A stretch of DNA of 63,317 bases, counting the filler, from Octopus bimaculoides (Eukaryota): assembly GCF_001194135.2 (NCBI RefSeq). It is 3 parts of 3 records of this genome, joined end to end, with 100 filler letters (N's around TTAATTAATTAA, not from the genome) between each part and the next. Parts side by side here need not be neighbours in the genome. Positions count along the whole stretch, not along the records: positions 1 to 21,154 come from NC_068985.1; 2 more parts are not named here. One strand, 5' to 3'. The notes beneath the pieces were generated by a model, which worked only from the letters and a program-made list of their open reading frames with translations, was not told where the DNA came from and searched no databases. Shown here one piece after another: positions 1 through 12,001 of the stretch. Position 1 is the stretch's first letter. Each line of letters begins with the position of its first letter. Made by a program: the position numbers and the translations under genes.

Positions 1-39
1 TATATATATATATATATATGGGAGAATATACAAATAATA

Positions 40-200
40 ACAACAGACGAGGACAGGTGGTGTAAATAACAAAAGTATATATTAGTATGACGCTCGGGAA
101 TACGGAAAGTCTTTGACGTTTCGAGCTACGCTCTTCAACAGAAAGAATACGGAGACAAGAAGAAAAACACGGAGAAAAAAAATTGAATAGTGTTCAGTCA
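40..200 (-). mobile_element. Solo Penelope-type terminal repeat (pLTR-like, family A) carrying a hammerhead motif
   Basis: Reverse complement aligns with 29850-29990 (GAAGAGCGT..GCTYGAAACGT.AAAGACTTTC...GAGCRTCA.ACTAATA...TTT.ACACC), the repeat directly downstream of the Penelope-like ORF; flanked by (TA)n. Confidence 0.65.
110..146 (-). ncRNA. Minimal type I hammerhead ribozyme motif, family A (variant core CUGUUGA)
   Basis: Minus strand reads UCUUU-CUGUUGA-A-GAGC(GUA)GCUC-GAAA-CG-UC/AAAGA: 5-bp helix I, 4-bp helix II, GAAA, loopless helix III, GUC triplet; predicted cut between 115 and 114. A6 of the canonical CUGANGA core is U. Confidence 0.6.
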
Positions 201-959
201 ACGGTCAGTCATAATATATACATACACATACACACGCATAACCAAACTTTAGCGTTTCTTCCTCCTTATGAGGAATGTCCTATACTAAATAAACAATTTG
301 AAAATCTTAAATAAATGGATACCTCATCAACTTTTTTTTTTACAACTATACAAATATAGTCAACATATAACTGAATAATTAATTCCAATATAGTAATATT
401 AATATTGAAAAGATTCAATTAACAAGAAATAACATTATCAATGTCGAAGTTTATTAATATTTATACCGAAACTAACAATACCAGGTTTATCTTGCTAAAA
501 CTATGTTTTCTAAATGAACTGCACGAATGAAATTATTTTACGGAATATAATATTATATAATGAATTATAAAATTATATTTAATATGAGAACTAGATGATA
601 ATTATTTCTTTAAGTCTCTAGAGAAATTTTATAGAAGTTAAAATTATTACCCCGGGAATTTCTTCGCTGCTAATTTAAATCTTGGAATATAATTAATATA
701 TTTCATTAATTCATAGGCTAAGAAGACTTGGATTTAGTTTAGAATTTCAGCGGTTGTCGTATTTCGTGTGTTTAATCAAACTTAATAATGCTATATCAAA
801 ATGAACGTATTAACGTCAATAGCATTAAAATATTACGGCCATATTCAGCCCATATACACACACGCTCACATACATTACGTATATCTATATGTAGACACAT
901 TCGCGCGCGTGCAAATATATATTTATATATATCGACATAAACATGTCTCTACATATTTG

Positions 960-961
<2 letters not shown>

Positions 962-1024
<63 letters not shown>
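962..1024. repeat. (TG)n microsatellite
   Basis: Direct reading. Many more (TG)n, (TA)n and (TC)n tracts occur throughout and flank most N gaps. Confidence 0.98.
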
Positions 1025-1026
<2 letters not shown>

Positions 1027-1392
1027 GTGCATATGTGTGAGGGAGGACGGTGCGTGAAATATTTTGCTTCAAGTTTACAGATCATAAGACTCATTTTGTA
1101 GACATACTGAGTAAGTCTAATTATAATTTCGTGTAATAATCCGCGACATATAGTATTTTCAGATTTTGATGTTTCTGTATAAATTCTAGGTCAAACACTG
1201 AAAGCTATTACTCAAACACGATCGTCAACCGACTTTAGTGAAATGACTTTAGTGAACTGAATTTGATGAACACTTGTGAGCATTTTCACATCTATTTTTA
1301 TGCTTAGAAATTACAGTAAACAATGCTGATAACCAGGAAACCTGTCACTGGATATTTACATGCAAAGGACGATAGATATGTCTATCAATCTG

Positions 1393-1569
1393 TAGTTGAA
1401 GTTTACAGAAAAACAAAAGATGAAGACAGGTGTATAAACAACAAGCAGGTGTATTAGTTTGATGCTCGGGAAAGTGAGAAAGTCTTTCAGCAGAAAAGAA
1501 CACGAGGAAATAAACAGAGAGAGAATAAAAAAAAAACTTGTAAAGTAGAGCGATCAATCATGGCGACTG
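1393..1569 (-). mobile_element. Solo family-A pLTR copy with the hammerhead core deleted
   Basis: Reverse complement matches 29790-29990 from CAGTCGCCATGATTGA to TTTTTCTGTAAA.TT.AACTA, but reads TCTTTTCTGCTGAAAGACT where the other copies have the helix II-GAAACGT segment. Confidence 0.85.
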
Positions 1570-1844
1570 ATCATATATATATATATATATANNNNNNNNN
1601 NNNNNNNNNNNNNNNNNNNNNNNNNNNNNNNNNNNNNNNNNNNNNNNNNNNNNNNNNNNNNNNNNNNNNNNNNNNNNNNNNNNNNNNNNNNNNNNNNNNN
1701 NNNNNNNNNNNNNNNNNNNNNNNNNNNNNNNNNNNNNNNNNNNNNNNNNNNNNNNNNNNNNNNNNNNNNNNNNNNNNNNNNNNNNNNNNNATATATATAT
1801 ATATATATATATATAAATATATATATATTTACATAAATACCGAC

Positions 1845-2336
1845 CTTGTTAGCAAATGTATGATTCATGGAATTGAGAGCTTCCTTATGCTATCACAACT
1901 ATGTTGGGCTGGCCATGTCGTCAGAGTGAATGACAACAGAATACCCAAAGTCCTCACATACAGCCAGCTTGATAGTGTTGGTCGACCATGGCTGAAATAT
2001 AAGGACAAGCTGACGAGTAACCTCTTGGCAATGAAGATCACAACACCTTTGAGCGAACAGCCTTGGAGCGAACAAAATGGAGATCGATGTGTCAAAATAG
2101 TATAAGGAACTTTATTGCAATCATTATTAACAGATTTCGGGGTGCAAAGCAAAGTTGAAAAGTGGCTGCAAATATACCACCTGCACTTACCTGTAATCCT
2201 CATACTTGCAGGATATGTGGGCTTTGCTGCAAATCGTTGGTGGGACTGAAATGTCACATTCGACATAAGAATTATAACTGACAAAGAAAAAGTCTGCAGA
2301 TCCTCATGCGTCACAACCGACAGGAGAGTCTATCAT
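1845..2336 (+). mobile_element. 3' fragment of an RTE-clade LINE (C-terminus, Cys/His finger, 3' UTR)
   Basis: Translates to LSQLCWAGHVVRVNDNRIPKVLTYSQL..GRPWLKYKDKL (RTE post-RT motif LRWAGHVVRM.D.R.PK...GRP.LRYKD), then CRICGLCCKSLVGLKCH; ends GAGAGTCTATCAT before (CA)n. Confidence 0.85.
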
Positions 2337-2350
2337 ACACACGCGCGCGG

Positions 2351-2404
<54 letters not shown>

Positions 2405-4041
2405 GTATGCATGTATGCGGAACCATGAAAAACAAACCTCCACCAACTATTCTGCCTAGATATCTGTGCACACCTTCCAATGCCATGTATACCATAAGAC
2501 TATTTGCCAACATAATGTGGCTGTCCTGCGATTGTTACTATTGTTTAGTCCCAGGAAACATCGTTTCCAGCTGCCTATACGACTCAATATCTGTGTCCTT
2601 ATATTTTCGAATAGGGCGTCCAGCATCCCATCCAACACAAATCAACAACTGTGGAGCGGTTTCTGGTTTATTGCACTTTATCAACACAGTAGCTGCTTGG
2701 GTAGGCGGCGTTGATAAATTCCCGTTCGAAAATATATAGTTTTCAAAGTGACATACAAGCACTGGTCTAATAAACAGAAACATTATTATTTCTAAATCTC
2801 TCAGAGATATTCAGTAACAGTTCTTTAAAGTAAAGACTATATATATATATATGCATATATANNNNNNNNNNNNNNNNNNNNNNNNNNNNNNNNNNNNNNN
2901 NNNNNNNNNNNNNNNNNNNNNNNNNNNNNNNNNNNNNNNNNNNNNNNNNNNNNNNNNNNNNNNNNNNNNNNNNNNNNNNNNNNNNNNNNNNNNNNNNNNN
3001 NNNNNNNNNNNNNNNNNNNNNNNNNNNNNNNNNNNNNNNNNNNNNNNNNNNNNNNNNNNNNNNNNNNNNNNNNNNNNNNNNNNNNNNNNNNNNNNNNNNN
3101 NNNNNNNNNNNNNNNNNNNNNNNNNNNNNNNNNNNNNNNNNNNNNNNNNNNNNNNNNNNNNNNNNNNNNNNNNNNNNNNNNNNNNNNNNNNNNNNNNNNN
3201 NNNNNNNNNNNNNNNNNNNNNNNNNNNNNNNNNNNNNNNNNNNNNNNNNNNNNNNNNNNNNNNNNNNNNNNNNNNNNNNNNNNNNNNNNNNNNNNNNNNN
3301 NNNNNNNNNNNNNNNNNNNNNNNNNNNNNNNNNNNNNNNNNNNNNNNNNNNNNNNNNNNNNNNNNNNNNNNNNNNNNNNNNNNNNNNNNNNNNNNNNNNN
3401 NNNNNNNNNNNNNNNNNNNNNNNNNNNNNNNNNNNNNNNNNNNNNNNNNNNNNNNNNNNNNNNNNNNNNNNNNNNNNNNNNNNNNNNNNNNNNNNNNNNN
3501 NNNNNNNNNNNNNNNNNNNNNNNNNNNNNNNNNNNNNNNNNNNNNNNNNNNNNNNNNNNNNNNNNNNNNNNNNNNNNNNNNNNNNNNNNNNNNNNNNNNN
3601 NNNNNNNNNNNNNNNNNNNNNNNNNNNNNNNNNNNNNNNNNNNNNNNNNNNNNNNNNNNNNNNNNNNNNNNNNNNNNNNNNNNNNNNNNNNNNNNNNNNN
3701 NNNNNNNNNNNNNNNNNNNNNNNNNNNNNNNNNNNNNNNNNNNNNNNNNNNNNNNGATTAATCAGTCCTGAAATAATTTGAAAACCCAGTTTCTAGCAGG
3801 TGTATAGCTATTTGCACTGAAATGTGGCTTCAGTGCTGTGCAGTACTTTATACATTCAAAACAATTCCAAGTACAGGGATTTCTTGAACTCGCGGAATGT
3901 TTGAACAGTTTTACTGGGTGCATAAACTGGTCTTACTCCTTAAAGAGCTGACTTGTGCTATGTGGTACATCTTTGTAGCTACCAGACGAAAATGATAGAT
4001 ATTCATACATACAAGCTCACACATATATACACACACATATA

Positions 4042-4322
4042 TGCATGGCTTAGTAGTTAAGGTGTTGCACTCATGATTGCAAGACCGAGCGTTGCGCTGT
4101 GTTCTTGAGCAAAGCTTTTTCATCTCACGTTGCTCTGCGATCACTTTGACATCTGACATGCGGCATCCGTAGCACCTGTACAGGTAATGTCGATCTGATG
4201 GAGGGAGTGATTTTATGTCTACACAAATTTTGATCGCTATAAACAAATCATCTGTGTAGTTGCTTGGTATGAAATTGTCAAACAGTTCATACCTCGTCCA
4301 ACGACGAGAGAGTCTATTATTA
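4042..4322 (+). mobile_element. tRNA-type SINE family C
   Basis: A-box-like head TGGCTTAGTAGTTAAGG; body TCACGTTGCTCTGCGATCACTTTGACATCTGA shared with copies at 24640-24830(-), 33140-33335(-) and 62562-62795(+). Confidence 0.75.
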
Positions 4323-4341
4323 TATATATAATCATATATTA

Positions 4342-4563
4342 TGCGTTGAAGTAGTTGTATGCTGTCAACTTAATGTGACAGTCCCCCTGGATGCAGGCTT
4401 AGCTGGGTGGAGGTGCTTCTCTCCCCCTTGTAAACATAAGGACACAGGAAATGTGTCAAGGCCGACAGGAGGTGGTGCAGCTTCCTAGGTCTAACCAACA
4501 GTAGTTTTATTCCCTTCAGGGGACTGTCACATTAAGTTGACAGCATACAACTATTTCATCGTA
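4342..4563. mobile_element. MITE with long terminal inverted repeats
   Basis: Perfect 35-bp inverted repeat TAGTTGTATGCTGTCAACTTAATGTGACAGTCCCC at 4352-4386 and 4519-4553, extendable imperfectly by about 10 bp; no ORF. Confidence 0.8.
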
Positions 4564-4638
4564 TCACTACTGCATAAATCTCTCTGAGAGATTTAGAGAT
4601 GTAGTATTTATATATTATGCGTTGAAGNNNNNNNNNNC

Positions 4639-4700
4639 ATACATACATACATACATACATACATACATACATACATACATACATACATACATACATACAT
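4639..4700. repeat. (CATA)n microsatellite
   Basis: Direct reading. Confidence 0.97.
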
Positions 4701-6183
4701 ACGTATATACATACAGGTACTTATATACACATTTGTACATATATCATATATTCTTGTTATGAAAGCACTCTGTCGTCTTTATCACTTCTGTAACCCATTA
4801 AAATTATATTTTGCCGATAAAAACACCCTAGTTTTCTTGGATTCTATGATTTTACTACCTAAATTATCATCACATTTAATCCGTCATTGCTTCCCAACAG
4901 CCGATTCCATATGGATGTTTCTCATGTACTAATTTTTGACAGATTTAAATGCACAAATTTATTTCTCCTGAGAACAGGAAACATACAAGTGAAAAACCTT
5001 ATCTTTTCCCTTTTTTCAACCAAGTAATAACTAAATACGTAGAACTCAATTCCTGACAGCTTCAAAAAATAAAACAGATAAAAATATATATGAATACATA
5101 CCTAAAGTGCCTGTCACACGATTTGAAGGTCATCTACTCAAACCTAATCATTAGAAAAACAAAGAATTAGTTACATTAACAAATTGACATGCCAACAATC
5201 ACCAAAGGGAATTTTTTGTCAACGTGAAATTAACCTAAATGTTTTTGCTAGCTTAGTAAATAAATATTCCGGTCTACAAGAATATATATTTCTACTTTCA
5301 CATTAATTTATATGTGATTTATCGAGAATATTTCTCTTTTCTTTTCATTTCCTCCTCCTCCCCATCTCTCTCTCTCGCTCGCTCTTTATCTCTCTCTCTC
5401 TCTCTCTCTCTGTATATATATATATATATATATNNNNNNNNNNNNNNNNNNNNNNNNNNNNNNNNNNNNNNNNNNNNNNNNNNNNNNNNNNNNNNNNNNN
5501 NNNNNNNNNNNNNNNNNNNNNNNNNNNNNNNNNNNNNNNNNNNNNNNNNNNNNNNNNNNNNNNNNNNNNNNNNNNNNNNNNNNNNNNNNNNNNNNNNNNN
5601 NNNNNNNNNNNNNNNNNNNNNNNNNNNNNNNNNNNNNNNNNNNNNNNNNNNNNNNNNNNNNNNNNNNNNNNNNNNNNNNNNNNNNNNNNNNNNNNNNNNN
5701 NNNNNNNNNNNNNNNNNNNNNNNNNNNNNNNNNNNNNNNNNNNNNNNNNNNNNNNNNNNNNNNNNNNNNNNNNNNNNNNNNNNNNNNNNNNNNNNNNNNN
5801 NNNNNNNNNNNNNNNNNNNNNNNNNNNNNNNNNNNNNNNNNNNNNNNNNNNNNNNNNNNNNNNNNNNNNNNNNNNNNNNNNNNNNNNNNNNNNNNNNNNN
5901 NNNNNNNNNNNNNNNNNNNNNNNNNNNNNNCCGTGAAAAAAAAAAGTCTTTGTGCATCCGCAGGCGAGCATTCTACCACTGAACCACAGATGCTTACACA
6001 TGAAAACATTTTCGAATTTTTTTATGTAATTTCTACTTTTATTAATATATCATTAGTTTCACTATTACACTTCAGCCATTGTAGAACATTGCCTTCACGT
6101 GTTTTAACCGTTCATATCGATTCCAGTATTTACAACAGTCCGATTATATTTAAATTACCTTCATTTATCGCTGCAAATCAGTA

Positions 6184-6950
6184 CGAGAGTGGGCTGAAAA
6201 CTTTCATCGTCTGACTATGAAGAAGTGATGTTAGAACTGTGAGATCTGCCTTGCATTAATTTCAACTTTTCTTATAATAACTGCGTTGTTTCTTTCCAAG
6301 TAAATTGGTATCTGACCGTTGAAAGAAGACTGCAAATGTAACTAGTTCGAATTCTCTTCAAAACGAAGAACATTTGGAATAGTGGTATTATCAGTTTTCT
6401 GCACTAAAAGAACATTCATGCTGACATGGTTGCTACATTAGTAGATGACGCTCCTACTTTATCAACAATGCAAAAGTGGGCAACGGAATTTAGAATGGAT
6501 GTTGGGTAAGACGACTCAGGGTGTGGACGACTTACTACTCCTACCGCCAAGGAAAACGTTGATCGTGATCACCACATGATGATGGATGATAGGCGATTGA
6601 CAATAAAACAAATAGCCAAGGTTATTAGCATATACTGTGAGAGAGTTGACAATATTTTTCCCTATAAACTTAGCATAACGAAGGTTTCTTCTCGGTGGGT
6701 ACCACATTTTCTGACACCTGATCAAAAAGGCATCAGGTTGACCATATCACTGGAAAATCTGACATTGTTCGAGGTAGATTCAGCTGGTTTCCTTGAAAGT
6801 TTCCTAATCCAGGAGGAGTGTAGAGTTTATCACTTTGAGCCAGAGAAAATATGATAATCTATGAAGTGAAAACTCTTCTTTCGATTTCTCCAAAGAAGAC
6901 CAAGAGCCTTTCATCCGCAGGGAAAGTGATGGCCTCAGTTTTTTGCGTAC
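6184..6950 (+). mobile_element. Degenerate mariner transposon, 5' part (left TIR and N-terminal transposase)
   Basis: TA followed by CGAGAGTGGGCTGAAAACTTTCAT (matches the reverse complement of the right TIR at 41733-41764); peptide DDRRLTIKQIAKVISI...SSRWVPHFLTPDQK (mariner WVPxxL motif)...IQEECRVYHFEPE; frameshifts and stops. Confidence 0.88.
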
Positions 6951-7592
6951 ATTTGTTAGAAAGAACGGGGTAGATAGAACTAATACTAAATTATATAGTT
7001 TATATTATTTTTAATGGACAGAATTCATAATGTGCCTTAGAGGCCGAAAGTCTCGTGCATCACACTGATCAACCTTTAATAAGTGTCAGGTACAAGTACT
7101 TAACTACCACCGTATTTTATCGATTCCGGAAGGATGAAGGGCGAAGTTCACCTCTGCACAATTTCGAAACAGGGTATGAAGAAGCGGAATAATGGAAAGT
7201 TTTTATTCTGACGTTCTAAAGAATCCGCCAGCTCAGAACAAGAGCAATTAATATGTGTGTGTTTGTGTGTGTGTGCGTGTGAGTGCATGCGTGTTTGCCT
7301 GTCTGTATATAAAAGACGAACTTCAGCATAGTCCTCAACTACCAAATCTCTTTCACAATTTATTGTTCAAAAGATAGTCTGTGAATTTAATTTGGCGTAT
7401 GAAAGAACTTTCACAATCTCGAAACTAGAACCAAAATACCTACTTTGACCATTTCATTTTCACCTGAACTAAGTAAAAAAAGAGTTACTAGCATTGTTGC
7501 ATCTCTAATAAATTGCTGAATTTAGGATAAAAGTAATAACCAAATTGTAATTAATAGAAAACAAGCTGAATCAGTACATTTATTATATGGCG

Positions 7593-7623
<31 letters not shown>

Positions 7624-9109
7624 ATTCGCCAGCAAGCATGAAAGGTAATTCTGGTTACGTTTTTCTTTGCTGATTCAACGGCGAAGCCTAAATGTATTTG
7701 TCGGAGCGGTTAGAACGGATCTCTAATTAAATATACAGAAATGAATATCTGTTATCATAGAAAACAAGATTATTGAAAATTCAATAATTCTGAATGATTA
7801 ATTAAACAATAATTCAATAATAATATTGTTTTCAAGCGATTCGTACTTTATTATTAGTAATCGCTTGTCAGCATTAAACGACCAAAATTCAATTAAACAT
7901 GCTGTGAGGTAAAGAATAATATTAATCAATGACTAACGATGATAAATAAATACTTCCCGAGCATACTCATCTCTGAAACACATGCGTTCGTTTAGTAATT
8001 AAATATTTAATTAGGCAGCTAATTAACAGAGTCTTTACATGTTAAGAAGAGTAATTTGAGACAGTTAGACTTGCTGTCATAGTTCAAATTGCCCCGAAGT
8101 GAACTTTGATCTCAAAACTTTCGAGTCGATAAAATAAAGGGCAGTGGAAGGCAAAATTAATAGAGTGATTGTTGTTAGGTCTTAGACTTCATTCGTCGTC
8201 AGGTTTGACACCACCACTTACTCTTGCTGTTGATTTAACTGATTCGGGGCCTGATCTCTGTTGTGTTGTATGATTCGGGGTCTGGTCCCTGGTTTAAGCC
8301 CGAAGGATAAGTCACGAAATAATACCTTTAGTGTATAAAGCCACTGAGAAAAGTGTAAAGCGACAGTACATTTATATGTACATTTACATATGTATTATAT
8401 ATGAGTAGGCATGGCTAGGTGCAGGAGCGGCTAGGCGCAAGAGAGTTTAGGCGTAATGATAAGAAGATGAAAATTAGTTTACATGTATATATCCCGATCA
8501 AATAATTGAGTTTTTGACAAGAAGATGAAATATGAAACAGACTATTTCAAGTTCTCGGATCTGGATTCTAAGGGTCTTGCATCTGGTTGGAGTTTGACAG
8601 TTTTAAAAAGAGTTACAATCCTTCTGTATAAAATCTTCCTGCTATCCAATAATGATAAATGTTAATGATATATACCTTAAATGCCATTATCATCCAGTAT
8701 TCGTTTTCAGGTGTAAAAAGAGTTTGGGTGGGTGATGCTCACAGGTCACAGTGCAGTTGACGATTTATACATATATATACATATATATATANNNNNNNNN
8801 NNNNNNNNNNNNNNNNNNNNNNNNNNNNNNNNNNNNNNNNNNNNNNNNNNNNNNNNNNNNNNNNNNNNNNNNTATATATACAGTCATACACAGACATACA
8901 CACTTCGAGTAAAATACACGAAATAACTTATATGCAAATGGATAATCAGCCTTATGAGTTATAGGGCTCGTGAAAATATATATACATGCATACATACAAA
9001 CACACATATATACACATATATAGATACATACAGACGTATCTATGCACATATACATACTTACATTGATACACGCACACGCACACACACACACACACACACA
9101 CATACACAC

Positions 9110-9144
<35 letters not shown>

Positions 9145-9180
9145 TACTTGGTGAAGGATGCGCAGCGTTCGATCATATAA

Positions 9181-9446
9181 TTATATAAATAATATATAAA
9201 TATATGCATATATCCATACATACGTGTACATACCTACATCTATATGTATACATACGTGCATATATGGGTACAGGACATCACAAAAAAACGTTAAACACAA
9301 TGAGAAACGAAAACATTTTCGTTTCTCATTGTGTTTAACGTTTCTTTGTAATGTCCTGTACCCATATATGCATGTATGGAAACATACAGATATAGGCATG
9401 CAAATATATGTATGGATATATGCATATATTTATATATTATTTATAT
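9181..9446. repeat. Long fold-back palindrome (about 130-bp arms, 2-nt centre at 9314-9315)
   Basis: CACAATGAGAAACGAAAA-CA-TTTTCGTTTCTCATTGTG; the ORF track gives near-identical peptides on both strands (9181-9399 - and 9224-9505 +). The arm is homologous to single-copy 26696-26790. Confidence 0.93.
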
Positions 9447-10192
9447 TATTATATATATGCACATGTTACTTCCAATGCCTCCCGTTTGCAAGGAAAGAGA
9501 AATGAAGTGCTTAGAATTATGAAAAGTATTCACTATCACTGAAATGAAATGTTTTTCAGGCTGTATACATATTCATTCTATTCATAGAAACGGGTTGTCT
9601 GAATAGTTTCCTTTTCGAAACATTATTCGCCAACAAGTTATTAAGACAAAACCCATCAATAGAAAACACATCAACTAGATTGACAATTGTAAGATTATGA
9701 ATACAAACATTTGCATCAATATAAATGATTGACATCTGTAATATTATTAGCATTGAAAACCAAAACATTCTCAACATGAATAAACTAAAATTGATTAACC
9801 TTGTCAAACCTTGTCAGCTGTCATATAGTTTGTATAGAAGTTACAATAAGAGTTTATTTTGGATTGGCGAAAGGCCCTGTTTTAAGAATGATAGTAGAAT
9901 ATAATACCTTAAGGTTCTTGCTTTATTGTCAGCATCAGTATGTGTGTGGAGTAAAATGATTCTAACTAAAAATGGAGTACTCCCAAGTACACTTGTTTTG
10001 CTGGGGGGTTTACGCGTTACTATTGATTTCACACGTTTGGAACTACAATATCATCAAGATATACAACTTCAGTGAAAAACATACTACTCTAAAAATGATT
10101 TAAAATATTCATTCCTACAATAGTTAGACATTAATAGCATAATATTGCATCTAAAGCAAATATAATATATAATCGCCTCATAATTCATACCT

Positions 10193-10231
<39 letters not shown>

Positions 10232-11962
10232 CTTCTTATCTTCACGTTATTGCCGTGTTTCAGTGCTATACTCGTTTATTATTTTCTTACATAAACTACA
10301 TTAACTGCATCCTAAACTTCGCTAAATTCTGCATTTGCCAACTGTCTTCACCAACAAAATACCTCGCCTACACTACTTCATGCCCTTTTGTCTTTTAATT
10401 CTGGTACCTGAAATCGCTTGGCGAACATAATTTAAACGGAGAAAATTACTCTATACAAAATTTCATGCACATTCAGCTAGATTTATTGATTTTTAGACAC
10501 TTCAAGTTTTTGGAAGCACGGTGCAATAGCGTAAAAATCCCAGGTGTTATTCAGTGTACTCAAAAGTTTAGAAGACGACAACGAATTGAATGTGCAATCC
10601 CGTTTACACTCTTACTTCCAGTCTCTAAACTATTTCCAGATTTATTTAAAAAGTCGTAAAAAACAAGAGCATTATTCGGTTGATTTTTACTTGAGACACT
10701 ACATTAAAACATCTCTCGAGAGCCAACGATATATTATCTGCCATTGGTCGTTTCATGCGCAGAAGTTATATTTTGGAAGCATAAATGAAGCAGTATTTCC
10801 TGAGTTCCTGCTCGGAAATGGTCAAAGCATATGAACTATTTTTTAGAGTGTCTGTTGGTGGGTAAATATCTTGCTGAGTGACATAAACTGTTGTGTATAG
10901 TATTATTTACTTTATAGTTAGAGGTTGGCTGACTCTTTCAGGGTTTCTGTAGAAACGTTTGCAAGATATGTGGAGAAACAGCATTATTTTAACAAGCCGA
11001 AAAAACCGACGCATTTACGATTCCCAAATACTTCATGTAATCATCACAAATCTGATTAAAGATCACAGTTCATAGAATTAAAATTGATGAGCATAACTAG
11101 ATTAATATGCGTATCATAAATTAATTGAGACAAATCTTGTGTGGAACAGAGATACAAAACCCTACTAGAGGACATGGGACAGCAAGTGGGTTTGTTGCAG
11201 ATGAGAATACATGCCCATAATGTTTTCATAACGTTCTCGCTTCAAGTATTATTCTCCGGGTTTAAACTCATCTTTGATATCAATTAAGGTAATACTAACA
11301 AGCATGTATAAATCATTCACGATTGAAAAGCAACTTCCAATTCGGACAACATCTTGATTTACGCAGATCTCACTTGCATTTGAGAAGTATAATCAATAGC
11401 AATGCAATGACTGGTAATACAATAATTTTACATTTTTCTCTTTGCTGCCTCGGGAGTTTACAGGCTGTTATTCTTCAAAATTGATCTTGTTTCGCTGACA
11501 AGTCATTTGCACATGATAATACATGCACGTTTGAGATAATGATATTTATTTCAGTCTGGTAACACAATATACAATGTATCGTTCTGTTATTAAACGCTGT
11601 ACCAATGTACAATAATATTGTAACATCAAATCTTAGATAAATAAACATGCTCAAGAACATGATTCTGGTTGGGGCTGTCTTAAAATCACACCAAACCTAT
11701 TGTTGTAGCATTTACACGCAAGTAATGTGAAAAAGAAGAACACATTCACTACCAACAACAGCAACAACCATAGCAACAACAATTACAGAAACAACAATGG
11801 TTTAGACATGAAACAGGTTTTGTCCTCTTGCATTAAAATAGGCTTTTATACGGCTATTACACCTAACAAAATCCACATATATACATATATACTTGTGTGT
11901 GTTGCGTGCGTGCATCATACGTGTATGTGTTGCGTGCGTGCATCATACGTGTATGTATATGC

Positions 11963-12001
<39 letters not shown>

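Noticed and set aside
2456-2783. Overlapping short ORFs, one with a faint LINE-like LFENIRTQILSRIGSWKR
   Set aside because: No diagnostic motif and stops in all frames; not assignable.
7500-8050. Cluster of TAAT/TAATTA motifs as a homeobox enhancer
   Set aside because: Expected by chance at this AT content; needs cross-species conservation data.
10544-10834. 96-aa ORF preceded by an AG
   Set aside because: No recognisable domain, weak acceptor and no partner exons.
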